From: Eledone cirrhosa
Taxonomy: Eukaryota
Reading direction: 5' to 3'
Assembly (NCBI GenBank): GCA_964016885.1
Contig: OZ024743.1
Span: 207,204,001-207,268,000 of the forward strand
DNA length: 64,000 bases
The notes under the pieces: model-generated
Databases searched by the model: none
Told to the model about the DNA's origin: nothing
The model's input: the letters and a program-made list of their open reading frames with translations, nothing else
Translations under genes and position numbers: made by a program
Shown: positions 37,273 to 50,741 of the stretch, piece by piece
Position numbering within the stretch: position 1 is the stretch's first letter
Layout of the letters: each line of letters starts with the position of its first letter

Positions 37273-38143
37273 CTAACAGTGGTACCCGGCGTTGCATGGG
37301 ATAAGGTATTTTGGAACGCGGGCTGTCAACAGACCTAATTGTGGAAAAACTGCATGCCTGGACATTATGTAAAGAAAATAAACCGAATACTCTGATGGCT
37401 GGTAATCTTTAAGATTTTCCTCAGTGAAGCAGGAAAAATGCAGGTTTTGACCTACTCACAACCTTACGGGTTGAATTTTTTTTTATGTGCATAATATGCC
37501 TTGAAATTTCGGGAAAATCGGCTAGAGGTAACGCCTCAAAAAAGCCCTAAAAAGCTGAAAAAGTTTTTCATCTAGGCCATAAAAAAGTTGGATTTTCTTT
37601 GCCCAGTGTATGGAGAAGAGACTGACTAATGCATAGTTACAATTTCAAGGAAATCAGTCTGACGTAACGCCTCAAAAAACCCTGAAAAAAACAGGTTTTC
37701 ACCTAGGGGATCAAAAAGTTGAATTTTTTATGTGCATAACACTCCCTGAAACATAACTAATACACATGTAAAGTTTGAAAAAAGTCGGTTGGCTACTTCT
37801 CGAGTTTTAGGGATTCAAACGCACAGACACAGACACAAACAGACACAAACAGGGAAGTGACGTAATGCAGACAGCAGACATACAGACAGGTATTATAAGG
37901 GCGCGACGTTATATGTATGTATCTATCTAAAAAGAGAAAGACTAAGAATTATAGAGAGAGATCGCTAAATCGCCTAATGCGGTCCCTAGGGCATTGAAAA
38001 TTTGAAATTGTTTTTGCTCAGAACACTCCCTGAAACAAGTATTACATGTGTAAAGTTTGAAAACAGTCGGTTGGGTGCTTCTCGAGTTTTAGGGATTCAA
38101 ACTCACACACACAGACAGACATCCTCAGTTTTATATATATAGA
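37273..38143 (-). mobile_element. Non-autonomous Helitron
   Basis: Minus strand starts TCTATATATATAAA and ends with the hairpin CCCATGCAACGCCGGG then TTAG (CTAG-like). Inserted between A and T, no TSD. Internal duplications 37741-37820/38025-38102. Confidence 0.8.
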
Positions 38144-38323
38144 TGTATATATATATATATAGAGAGAGAGAGAGAAAGAAAGGACGATATATCTGTGAGG
38201 AAACATATCTTTTATACTTGAATTATTGTGGTTCTGGACAAAGTCTATTCAGCTGGTTTATTGAGAAGCACAAAAATCAAACATATTTGTTGTTTTGATT
38301 CTTCGCATTTGTATATATATATA

Positions 38324-38368
<45 letters not shown>

Positions 38369-38457
38369 TATTGCATATCTCTCTCTATATATAAATACAA
38401 CTCATATTGAGCCCTCTCTAGAATTTTGCCTTTGTATTTATTATTATTACTGTATGT

Positions 38458-38564
<107 letters not shown>

Positions 38565-38764
38565 GGATGGGCTATAGTTAGATTACTAGCTTACTGTGAA
38601 GAAATGGGAATAAAAAAGAAACCAATGATATATAAACTTTATTCCAAAAGTGGTACATATGCAATTCATTTATTACTGTCCATTTGCATTAATACAAACA
38701 CATAATTATGTTTCTTTGTATTTAGTGAACTAATTATAGCCCACCCTCATGTAAATATATGTAT

Positions 38765-39070
38765 GCATCATCATCCTCAATTAACGTCTCTTTTCCATGA
38801 TTGCATGGGTTAGACAGGTTGTCGCATTATCTGGCCAGATGGCTCATGTAATTACGTCTTACTCATACAATTCAATTTTAGCTATGGCTGGCTGCCCATC
38901 CTAACACCAACCACTTTACTGTGTGTATTGGGAGCTTTGTTTTCATGGCTCCCAGAACTACCACATTACTAGGTTTTTTGAGTGGCTTTGTCATGGCACC
39001 AGCACATCCACTTTACAGGGTGGACAGGGTGCTTTTTGTCGTGGCACCAGTACTACAACTTTACAGGATG
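38765..39070 (-). mobile_element. Degenerate SINE/LINE 3' region with RTE-type tail
   Basis: CATCATCATC...TTAACGTC...CCATGATTGCATGGG...CCTAACACCAACCACTTTAC. Confidence 0.6.
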
Positions 39071-39097
39071 TGTGTCTGTGTGTGTGTATGTGTGTTA

Positions 39098-39395
39098 TAT
39101 AATAATTATAATAATGATGAACATTATTATGTACAGTGCTTAGGTGCATTACAACTCATCAAAGGTGCATAAAATAATGTAGAAATGCCAGGAAAGTGAA
39201 CAGTGTATGAGTCATGATATACACACATGCGTGTATATGGAGGGGGAATATCAGGTGTAGTGTTGGCGAATTTCGGGAAGCATAGAAATTTTGAAGGATG
39301 CAGTGTCCCGGCAGCTAACAACTGATGCAGGTAGTTTGTTCCATGCTTCAGATGTTTCTGAAAGTCATAGGAGCTGTACTGTTTTCTGATTTTAA
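39098..39395 (-). mobile_element. 3' end of a CR1-like LINE (shorter relative at ~13560-13655)
   Basis: Minus translation EAWNKLPASVVSCRDTASFK...* has the WNxLP motif typical of CR1/L2 C-termini; (ATT)n-like tail. Confidence 0.7.
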
Positions 39396-40064
39396 CATAT
39401 AACAGTTACTTATAAAGTCAACATTTTGGTGGCTCTACCAATTGTGTTCTATGATACAAAGCTGTTAATTTTTTATATTCATCAAAAACTCTTCCATCAT
39501 AATTCTAGGTAAGAACCTTTGTTAAGTTATGCTCCAAAACACCAGCTTAATAATGAAAAAGTCAGTTATATAACTCAATCAATCAAGTTCCTGCAACTTG
39601 TATAGTCAATCATTAGAGGTGCCCCTCTATACATTTAACTGTCTCCAACATGGCATTTCTGAGGGTCTTAGACATACATGGCTGTACCCTAAATCCCTCC
39701 AAATTCTTGTGTATTTTTAAACTGATTTAAAAATCATAAACAGTGTCTTTTATTAGAAATATGAAAATGAAAGTTTTAAACAATTTTTGTTACTGGGTTT
39801 TATGATAGAATACTGCCTTAATGGGCCGAGCTTATCGTTATTAAAACTTTGATAGAAACCTTGCTAGCAGAGTAAACAGGCGTTAAATGATGATGATGAT
39901 GATGATGATTGTATTTTTGTAAAGGAAATAAATCAATAAATATGTTTTTATCAATATATCTATGTAACATGTTGTGTTGATGTCCTCATACAATGTCTGG
40001 GCTGCCACATGTGTTACCTCATTTTACTTTAGGAGAGAACCTTTTTTGTAACAACCCCCCCAAT

Positions 40065-40826
40065 CACCATCACCACAATGTAACAAGCCATAGGTTACAC
40101 CCACCACCAACACCACCACCACCACCATCACCACCACCACAATGTAACAAGCCATAGGTTACACCCACCACCAACACCACCACCACCACCATCACCACCA
40201 CCACAATGTAACAAGCCATAGGTTACACCCACCACCAACACCACCACCACCACCATCACCACCACCACAATGTAACAAGCCATAGGTTACACCCACCATC
40301 AACACCACCACCACCACAATGTAACAAGCCATAGGTTACACCCACCATCAACACCACCATCACCACCACCACAATGTAACAAGCCATAGGTTACACCCAC
40401 CATCAACACCACCACCATCACCACCACCACCACCACAATGTAACAAGCCATAGGTTACACCCACCATCAACACCACCACCACCACCATCACCACCACCAC
40501 AATGTAACAAGCCATAGGTTACACCCACCACCAACACCACCACCACCACCACCATCACCACCACCACAATGTAACAAGCCATAGGTTACACCCACCACCA
40601 ACACCACCACCAACACCATCACCACCACCACAATGTAACAAGCCATAGGTTACACCCACCACCAACACCACCACCATGACCACCACCACAATGTAACAAG
40701 CCATAGGTTACACCCACCACCAACACCACCACCAACACCATCACCACCACCACAATGTAACAAGCCATAGGTTACACCCACCATCAACACCACCACCACC
40801 ACCATCACCACCACCACCAACACCAC
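40065..40826. repeat. ~51-66-bp minisatellite: invariant AATGTAACAAGCCATAGGTTACACCC core with variable (CAC)n spacers, 12 cores
   Basis: Direct reading. Confidence 0.93.
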
Positions 40827-40877
40827 TTTGTTCACATTTTGTATTATTTAAAAACATTTCATTAACTCTGGTTTTAA

Positions 40878-42742
40878 TATATTGACTATACCACACCACT
40901 CTCTATATATTGACTATACCACACCACTCTCTATACATCTACTATACCACACCACTCTCTATACATTGACTATACCACACCACTCTCTATACATCTACTA
41001 TACCACACCACTCTCTATACATCTACTATACCACACCACTCTCTATACATTGACTATACCACACCACTCTCTATATATTGACTATACCACACCACTCTCT
41101 ATACATCTACTATACCACACCACTCTCTATACATTGACTATACCACACCACTCTCTATACATCTACTATACCACACCACTCTCTATACATCTACTATACC
41201 ACACCACTCTCTATATATTGACTATACCACACCACTCTCTATATATTGACTATACCACACCACTCTCTATACATCTACTATACCACACCACTCTCTATAT
41301 ATTGACTATACCACACCACTCTCTATACATCTACTATAACACGCCACTCTCTATACATCTACAATACCACACCACTCTCTATATATTGACTATACCACAG
41401 CACTCTCTATACATCTACTATACCACACCACTCTCTATACATCTACTATACCACACCACTCTCTATACATCTACTATACCACACCACTCTCTATATATTG
41501 ACTATACCACACCACTCTCTATACATCTACTATACCACACCACTCTCTATACATCTACTATACCACACCACTCTCTATACATTTACTATACCACACCACT
41601 CTCTATACATTGACTATACCACACCACTCTCTATACATCTACTATACCACACCACTCTCTATACATTGACTATACCACACCACTCTCTATACATCTACTA
41701 TACCACACCACTCTCTATACATTGACTATACCACACCACTCTCTATACATCTACTATACCACACCACTCTCTATACATCTACTATACCACACCACTCTCT
41801 ATACATTGACTATACCACACCACTCTCTATACATCTACTATACCACACCACTCTCTATACATTGACTATACCACACCACTCTCTATACATCTACTATACC
41901 ACACCACTCTCTATACATTGACTATACCACACCACTCTCTATACATCTACTATACCACACCACTCTCTATACATCTACTATACCACACCACTCTCTATAC
42001 ATTGACTATACCACACCACTCTCTATACATCTACTATACCACACCACTCTCTATACATCTACTATACCACACCACTCTCTATATATTGACTATAACACAC
42101 CACTCTCTATATATTGACTATACCACGCCACTCTCTATACATCTACTATACCACACCACTCTCTATACATCTACTATACCACACCACTCTCTATATATTG
42201 ACTATACCATACCACTCTCTATACATCTACTATACCACGCCACTCTCTATACATCTACTATACCACACCACTCTCTATATATTGACTATACCACACCACT
42301 CTCTATACATCTACTATACCACACCACTCTCTATACATCTACTATACCACACCACTCTCTATACATCTACTATACCACACCACTCTCTATACATCTACTA
42401 TACCACACCACTCTCTATATATTGACTATACCACACCACTCTCTATACATCTACTATACCACACCACTCTCTATACATTGACTATACCACACCACTCTCT
42501 ATACATTGACTATACCACACCACTCTCTATACATCTACTATACCACACCACTCTCTATTCATTTACTATACCACACCACTCTCTATACATCTACTATACC
42601 ACACCACTCTCTATATATTGACTATACCACACCACTCTCTATACATCTACTATACCACACCACTCTCTATTCATTTACTATACCACACCACTCTCTATAC
42701 ATCTACTATACCACACCACTCTCTATACATTTACTATACACC
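40878..42742. repeat. 28-bp minisatellite ACTATACCACACCACTCTCTATA(CATCT/CATTG/TATTG), ~66 copies
   Basis: Direct reading, period 28. Confidence 0.97.
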
Positions 42743-43138
42743 CTAAAACAAAATAAAAATCATTATTGTATCTCTTGTTAGTGTTGTAGTTGTAGTAGTT
42801 GTTATTTATCCTCAAGTCAGATTTCACTCAGCACATTTAGGAGTAAAGACATCCCAGATATGCCCATCTATTTTATTTTATTTTATTTCCAGATACAGTG
42901 TATCTAGGACAACATTATCCATTGTGCCCTGTCATTTCGAGATTTGACTGAGATGGATTTTGACCACTTTTTCTAGCAGGTCGATGAACCACATGAAGGT
43001 TCCATTGTTCTGTTATTGTGATCTTATTTTGGAAGGCTGTATCTGAAAAAGTTAGTGAAACAACAACCATTTTAAAGTCATTTTTTTTTCATTTTTCCTG
43101 TTAAAGAGAAGGAGTTAGCCTTGCAGTGGTCCCCATGG

Positions 43139-43424
43139 CAAGATTTTCCATTTTGTCCTATTGTCTGCATCACCCCTCACAAAATTTTGCCTTTCATTTC
43201 TTGCCCTACCATATTTAGCCATATCTTTCTTGGTTTTCTTCTACTTCTTTCTACACCTATTCTCATCACTCCTTTCATCCCTATACTTTCATCCTTCCTC
43301 AACACACAACCCTGTCATCTCATTCCCTCTTGACAACATTCATCATAGGTTTGATGTAATATATTGTAGGATTAGCAGAGAGTGGCCTACATTATACCTT
43401 TATAGGATAGTAACTTGACATAAT
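43139..43424. repeat. Copy of 23255-23540
   Basis: Identical sequence. Confidence 0.9.
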
Positions 43425-43439
43425 ACACTGAAGCTTTGG

Positions 43440-44183
43440 TAAAACCACTTTGTAGCATTTAGTTAGAGCCCTTTACATTCTGAGTTCAAATCCCATGGAG
43501 GTCATCCTTTTAGGGGTTGATAAAAACATACCAGTAAAGTAGCAGGGTTGATATTATTGACTTTTCCATTCCCCTGAAATTGCAGGCCTTGTGTCAAAAT
43601 TAGATATTATTATTAATTGGCAGTATCGGTAGAGGGTTGGACGCCATGCTTTCTAGCATAGTTACGTCCTTTTACAGTCTGAGTTCAAATCACGCCGAGG
43701 TTAACTTTGCCTTTCATCCTTTCGGGGTCGATAAAATAAAGTACCAGTAATGTACTGGGTAATTGCTGGCCTTGTGCCAAAAGTAGAAACAATTATTATA
43801 AAGGGAAATAGATTGGCAGAATGCATTGGACAAAAGGCTTTGTGGTATTTAGCCATGGCCCTTTACATTTTGAGTTCAAATCTTGTCAAAGTCAGCTTTG
43901 CCTTTCATCCTTTTGGAGTCAATAAAATAAAGTACTGGGGTTGATATAATCAACTTTCCCTTCCGCCCAAAATTGCTGTCTTTGTGTCTAAATTAGTGGA
44001 TTGGCAGTATTGGTAGAGGGTCGGACGCCATGCTTTGACGTATAGAGTTACGGCCCTTGCCATTCTGAGTTCAAATCCCGCCAAGGTTAACTTTGCCTTT
44101 CATCCTTACGGGGTCAATAAAATAAAGTACCAGTAATGCACTGGGTAATTGCTGGCCTTGTGCCAAAAGTAGAAATAATTATT
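43440..44183 (+). mobile_element. Head-to-tail cluster of four family A SINEs (two old, two young)
   Basis: B boxes GAGTTCAAATC at ~43482, 43681, 43872 and 44067. Confidence 0.85.
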
Positions 44184-44199
44184 ATATATTTGTGTCTAG

Positions 44200-44815
44200 A
44201 GTGAGATGTGCATGGAAGAAGTTTGAGAATCTTAGTAGTGTATTAAGTAGGAGGGGAGTGTCACTGAAACTGAAGGGAAATGTGTATGTTGCATATGGGA
44301 GAAGTACCATGATTTATGGAAGTGTGATATGGCAGATGTAGTGCAGCAGAGAAGGCTGGGAAGAAAGGAAATGAGAATGGTCTGATGGATAAGTGAAGTA
44401 TTATTGAGAGGGGAGGAAAGAGGAAGGGAAGGAGAAAGCAAGCAATGTGACGAATATTGTGAAGAGAAATGGAATGAGATGGTTGGATCATGTGTTGAGG
44501 GAGTGTGAAAGTGACTGGGTGAGAGGAGTGACGAAAATGAATGTGGCAAGGAAGACCAAGAAATATGTGGTTAAACATGGAGGAGGAAATAAAAGACAGG
44601 GTATTGGTGAAGGTGGGATGCAGACAATAAGGTAAAATGGAGAAGTTTTTGATGGGGCCCACAAGGGTGATCTCTTCTTTAGCAGGGAAGATGACCTTAA
44701 AACAGCTTGTGATGGGGTCCCACAAGGGTAATCCCTTCTTTAACAGGGAAGATGACCTTAAAACAGCTTGTAATTGGACCCTCTTCTTTAGCGGGGAAGA
44801 TGACCTGAAAACACA
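44200..44815 (+). mobile_element. Old, decayed RTE-like 3' fragment with short tandem repeats at its end
   Basis: + strand MRWLDHVLR...ARKTK resembles the RTE C-terminal RLRWxGHVxR...GRP; repeats of AGGGAAGATGACCTTAAAAC. Confidence 0.5.
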
Positions 44816-45212
44816 TGGCTGTTATATACATATATATACTTAGAGTAGTGGTTCCCATACTAATTTAGTTGTTATATTCTTTTATGATCTCCCAATCTCA
44901 TAGTTTCCAGACAAATATTTTAAGGACAAGCCCTGACACCCTAATTTTAATAAGACATTAAATGAAATAACTATTGTTTTAGAGAGAGAATTTATTTATC
45001 ATCATCATCATCATTTTTATGTCAATTTCTCCATGCTGGCTTGGGTTGGACAGAAGTTTTTGAGGTAACATTTTGCAGCCAGATCCCCTTATTGACACTA
45101 ACCCTTTAGTTACTTTTTATGGCATAGAGGAACCAGATGCACTCAGATAATTATATATATATATTGTATAACTACCTTACATCTTCGAAAAACGTATAAC
45201 AAATAAAATACG

Positions 45213-45292
45213 GATGTATGAATAAAACCGTCTCTCTTATTTATTATATATATATATATAATAAATAAGAGAGACGGTTTTATTCATACATC
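45213..45292. repeat. Perfect 80-bp palindrome centred on (TA)8
   Basis: GATGTATGAATAAAACCGTCTCTCTTATTTAT-(TA)8-ATAAATAAGAGAGACGGTTTTATTCATACATC. Confidence 0.92.
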
Positions 45293-45580
45293 TATAATCC
45301 TGGTATGTATATAAGCATTTCTAACTTTAATTTTTACCTAATTATGTATGGTTGACCGTATATTTAATTCATTTCCACGTGCTGTTGAAATGTTGGGTAA
45401 ATATTCTATAGCGGTTGGACGCGAAGACACTGCTGTGGCGTATTTATTTACTATTTCTTCATAGACCAGGCTATAAGAATAAAAGGCTCCTAACTGATTC
45501 TTTGTGTGGTTAATTATGCTGATTGGGAGTAGAAATGATGTATATATATTATCAAATAATTCTCTGGACGTGCTTTACTC

Positions 45581-45639
<59 letters not shown>

Positions 45640-45711
45640 GAGATTAGCGGAACAAGCAAACATTAAATAATCTTTTAAATAAATTAAAATACGATTTAAA
45701 TATTCACCTGT

Positions 45712-45790
45712 GCTATTACCGACGGTTTCACTTCACAAAAGATTGGAAATCCAGAGAATTTCCAATGGAAAGATCAGCTCTTCAGATAAC
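45712..45790 (-). ncRNA. Type I hammerhead ribozyme motif with extended stem II
   Basis: GUUAU-CUGAAGA-GCU...AUUGGAAAU ucucugg AUUUCCAAU...AGU-GAA-ACCG u CGGU-A^AUAGC; GUA triplet. The element 45634-45915 is flanked by (TA)n on both sides. Confidence 0.8.
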
Positions 45791-46504
45791 TATTTCCATT
45801 CTATAGGACGTAAAGTCTCACAGTTTGTAAGTATATCACTTACTGCCCGAAGTATGAGGTCAGGCCATTAAAGTGACCCACACATAAACAGGCCGTTAGT
45901 AAAAGCGGGAATACTATATATATATATATATATATATAATCAGGATAGAACCAGTTTAAAACTAGTTAGACCATTACTGAACAGAGTACTCAATACTTGG
46001 GGTAGTAGAGTGTAGCTATATTATAAAGCCATTTCAACAGCTAGTTCCAGAACTATAAATATTATCATCATCACTGTTTTACGCCATTTTTCATGCTAGC
46101 ATGGGTTAGCCGAGTTGTCCTGTTGTGGGCAATGCTAGGTCAGGTGACCATGTCAGACAGAACTGATTATATATATATATATATATACACACATGCAGAT
46201 AAGACTGCTGATTGCATTAAGCTGTAAACAAAACACTCAGAAAATACCAAAAACCAAACATTGACCGACCTGCACTCATAACTCCCACTAAACCAATCCC
46301 TGAGTTGCATCTCCATATTCTGCTGCAAACTAACCATGAAATGCACCAGTCTCCATATATATACATCAATACTCATCTTTTTCCATTTATCTGAGGGTTC
46401 TGAGCCCCATTATCAGGCTAAAATTCTTTTAGTCAAAAATACGGTGAAAGCTATTCTATTTTCTAATTTCAAACCTGCTCATTTTTTCAAAACATACTTA
46501 CTTG

Positions 46505-46702
<198 letters not shown>

Positions 46703-48394
46703 TCATCATCATCATCAACGTTTAACGTCCGTGTTCCACGCTTGCATGGGTTTAGACGGGGGTTTTCCCACTTGAGGCAAGAGTGTTTGTCTTGCTCGCA
46801 TAGGACTATCTGGCGGGTTTTCTACAGCTGGATGCCCTTCCTAACACCAACCACATTTACAGTGTGGGGCTGGGAGGTTTTTACCGTGTTGCCTACATGG
46901 CCACATTACAGCGTGGACTGTCTGGCAGGTTTTCTACAGCTGGATGCCCTTCCTAACACCAACCACATTTACAGTGTGGGGCTGGGAGGTTTTTACCGTG
47001 TTGCCTACACGGCCACATTACAGCATGGACTGTGTTTTTTGTCGTGACACCTACACGATCTCATTTGTTTCGGCCTGGATGGTGTGGCACCAACATAACT
47101 TTACATTGAAAGGGGCGGTGTGGATGGGACGGGGGTTGGTGGGACGGGGGTGTATTTTGTTAGAGATGCCTACTGGCTGTAGTAGGTTTACTTTGTATTT
47201 AGGTAAGGCGGGTCTTCTCTATTACTGAGTACCGCCAAAGGTCTCGGTCCAGTGACATTGTCTTGGAGAGGTGTAAGTGTGTGAGGTCAGAATTTATCAG
47301 CTCGTCCCAGGTTTTTCTGGGTCTGCCTACTCCGTAGCTACCGTCTATCGTTATTGCCCTGCACTTTGTTATACAGCTGTCGTCTTTCATGCGCATCACG
47401 TGACCATACCAACGTAGCTTTCTCTCGAGTAAACAACATCTGATCCCTCTTATTTCTAATTTTTTCCTTAGTTCGCTTATGCTTTGCCGTTCACGTATGT
47501 TACTATTACACATCCAGCGGAGCATGCAAGCTTCGTTCCTCTCTAGTCTGCGTATATCTTCTGCACACAATGCCCAGGTCTCACTGCCATGCAACATTGC
47601 TGTTCGTATGCAGGCATCATACAACCTGCCTTTCATTCTTAGGGAGAACCCTTTAGCGGCTAATAGTGGTATAAGCTCTCTGAACTTTTTCCAACCAGTT
47701 CTGACTCTAGCTACTGTACTTTCAGAGCACCCTCCCCCACTGCTGATTTTGTCGCCCAGGTAACGGAAGCTGTCCACTATTTCTATAGAACCCTCTGCGC
47801 AATTGAAAGAGCTAGTATTTTGTGGGCACTTGCTGCTACTTATTGCACCAGAGCACCGGCCACATGTAAAATCTATGTTCTTAGTTAGCTTACCTGTGAT
47901 CCCACTACATCTTTTATGCACCCATACTTTGCATTTGGGACATAAAATGGAGTTTCTACCTACGCCTTTCCTACACATTGAGCATGGCCATTTCCCGGAA
48001 GGGACCGGCGCCTTATTTTCTTTCCTACAAACTAGAACTTTAGTCTTAGCCAGGTTAATTTTAAGGCCTTTTGATTCTAGGCCGTGCTTCCATGTTTGGA
48101 ATTTCTTCTCTAGCTCGGCCATTGATTCAGCTATGAGCGTTAGATCATCTGCGTATAGGAGTTCCCATGGGCAGCCGGTCTTGAACTCCACTGTTATAGC
48201 CTGAAGGGCAATAATAAATAGTAGGGGGCTAAGAACAGAGCCCTGATGGACACCAACTTTTACGCTAAACTCTTCACTATATTCGTTGTTAATTCTAACC
48301 TTGCTGACTGTTTCTTTATACATGGCTTGTATAGCTCTGACAAGCCATTCATCAATACCTAGTTTTCTAAGAGCCCACCAGATAATGGAACGGG
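46703..48394 (-). mobile_element. 5'-truncated RTE LINE with an open RT C-terminal half and a 112-bp tandem duplication in the 3' UTR
   Basis: ORF 47199-48323 matches the full-length element; 46803-46914 is repeated from 46915. Confidence 0.95.
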
Positions 48395-48688
48395 GTGGGG
48401 GGGGGCTCTATTTGCATGTATGTATATGTATGTATGTATATATTTATATATGTATGTATATATTTATATATATATGTGTGTGTATGTATATGTATATATT
48501 TATATTTGTATGTATATGTATACATTTTCATTCAGTTTCATTTAGAGACACCTCACCTTGTGGAGTTACAGAATTTATTAATGAATCCACTTTAGGAAAT
48601 ATTGGTTTAGACTTTAAATCTGTCTGTCTGTCTGTCTGTCTATTTATCTATCTGTGTATCTGCTTATTAGTCTGTATGTATGTGCACC

Positions 48689-48728
<40 letters not shown>

Positions 48729-49015
48729 GCTCAGTGTGTGTGTGTATGTCTGTGTGTGTTTGTGTATGTATGTCTCTGTGTGTCTGTCTGTGTGTATGTA
48801 TGGCTCTGTATCTGTCTGTATGTATACACAGAAGCATTACAAGTCAATTAGAATTAGAGAGAGAGGGGGAAGGGGGGGGAGGGTCATTCAGAAAGTGGTG
48901 TCAACTTTCAAAGTGACAAACGGTGAAAATAAAAGTGGAGTAGGATGTATTTTGAGGGCTGCTTGAAATCAATTTAACTGCATTAAACACACAAACATAT
49001 ATATGTATGTATGTA

Positions 49016-49075
<60 letters not shown>

Positions 49076-49480
49076 CTTTCAATGTTCATTTTCTCTGCTA
49101 CCAAGGGTATGTGTGTGTTTATGTGCATGTATGCATATTTACATGAGTGAATATTTAAATGTTTTGGTGGTGGTGGTGTGGTTTTTAATAGCCTGTGCAA
49201 TAAGACTGTGTGAAAACTCATGTAGCACTGATTTGGTTGACTCTTAGAGGACACATGCAAGCATCACATACATATATGCAAGAACCACATACACACATGC
49301 AAGAACCACATACACACATGCAAACACCACACACACACATACATGCATGCAAACACCGCACACACATACATACACATATAAGATGAGTTGGGAGAAAAAT
49401 TAGGCATAAGAAGAATTATACATAGTGTACTGTATATGCGTGTGTGTGTGTGTATGCATATATATGTGTCTATGTGTATG

Positions 49481-49511
<31 letters not shown>

Positions 49512-49727
49512 ATGTGTGCATGTGTATATATCTGTGTGTGTGTAATTGTATATTCATATGCACCTATTGGATTTCTATGAGTTGACCATGTATGTAGTTC
49601 CACTGCCACTCAATATAAGTAGCAGTGAAACTATAGACTGATGTCACCCCAATGAAGCCATTGAGAAGGAATATTAAGCAACATGGATGCTACTAAGCAC
49701 TTTCCATGTTGTTTTGACCCAGTCTGT

Positions 49728-50686
49728 CAGGGTTTGATTAAGTCCTTTTGAGGCCTTATGCACTTAAAAGATTATGGTGCTCTCCCTGCCCAGATAAAGT
49801 TTACAAAAATGTTTCATTTGGAATGATAAATACATTTAATTTGAATAAAATGGTGTCCCTCTTCTTTTGCAGCCCTAAGTATATGATTATTTTGCTTAAT
49901 GGCTAATCCAACCCTTCTTCTCCTTCTTCCCCACTTATTCCTGAGAAGGTCCTGTCAGAAGCAACTGTTTCCAACTGATCCAGCTGGATTCCCAAGCAAA
50001 ACCAGCCAAACTCATGGATGTTATCCAACCATCTTGCTGGGTCTCCTGTCGGTTGGTTTGCCCCTCCTGCTGTAACTGAAAATAGAACCCGCGTTCCTTT
50101 GATTCCAGGTGGTATTAAATAACATGGACCAGATTAAGTCATTTTGATGGCCTAAGCATTTAAAATATTGTCCCCACCCCGCCATATATAAAGTCTGCAA
50201 AAAAAAAATTCTTTTTTAAGAATCATCATCATCATCATCATTTTACGTCCGATTTTCCCTGCTTGCAAGGGTGGGATGGGAACTGATTCTGGCTTGATTT
50301 CTACAGCTGGATGCCCTTCCTAACACCAACCTCATTTACAGTGAGTGCTGGATGCTTTTTTTCCGTGGCACCGCCACGACCACTTTTCAGTGGAATGGTA
50401 GGGACCCCAGTCCTTATCATCTCATTTCTACAGCTGAGTAAACTGGAGCAATGTGAAATAAAGTGTCTTGCTCAAGGAAACATCACATCACCCGGTCTGA
50501 GAATTGAACTCACAACCTTTCGATTGCAAGGCCAATGCTCTAACCACTAAGCCATGTGCCTCCATGACAAATACAATTAATGACAAATACAATGACAAAT
50601 ACAATTAATTTGAATAAAATGGTGCCCTTCCTCCCCTTGATGCTCTAAGTATATGATTATTTTGTTTAATGGTTAATCCAATCCTG
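49728..50686. mobile_element. Two degenerate copies of a MITE-like element (49728-49915; 50124-50686, the latter split by a SINE)
   Basis: Shared 5' block GATTAAGTC.TTTTGA.G.C.TA.GCA.TTAAAA and shared ~85-bp 3' block ending TTAATGG.TAATCCAA.CC. Confidence 0.55.
50222..50563 (-). mobile_element. Full-length tRNA-derived SINE, family B
   Basis: Reverse complement of 19169-19518. Confidence 0.9.
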
Positions 50687-50741
50687 CACAGTGCAGCACG
50701 CTTATGTTACAGTGAGGACCAGAACCATAATGTATGTTTTG

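Noticed and set aside
40065-40826. CRISPR-like repeat-spacer appearance
   Set aside because: Spacers are (CAC)n variants rather than unique sequences; there are no cas genes and the context is eukaryotic.
40882-42781. His/Tyr/Thr-rich ORFs
   Set aside because: Frames cycling through a 28-bp repeat (not a multiple of 3), with non-ATG starts.
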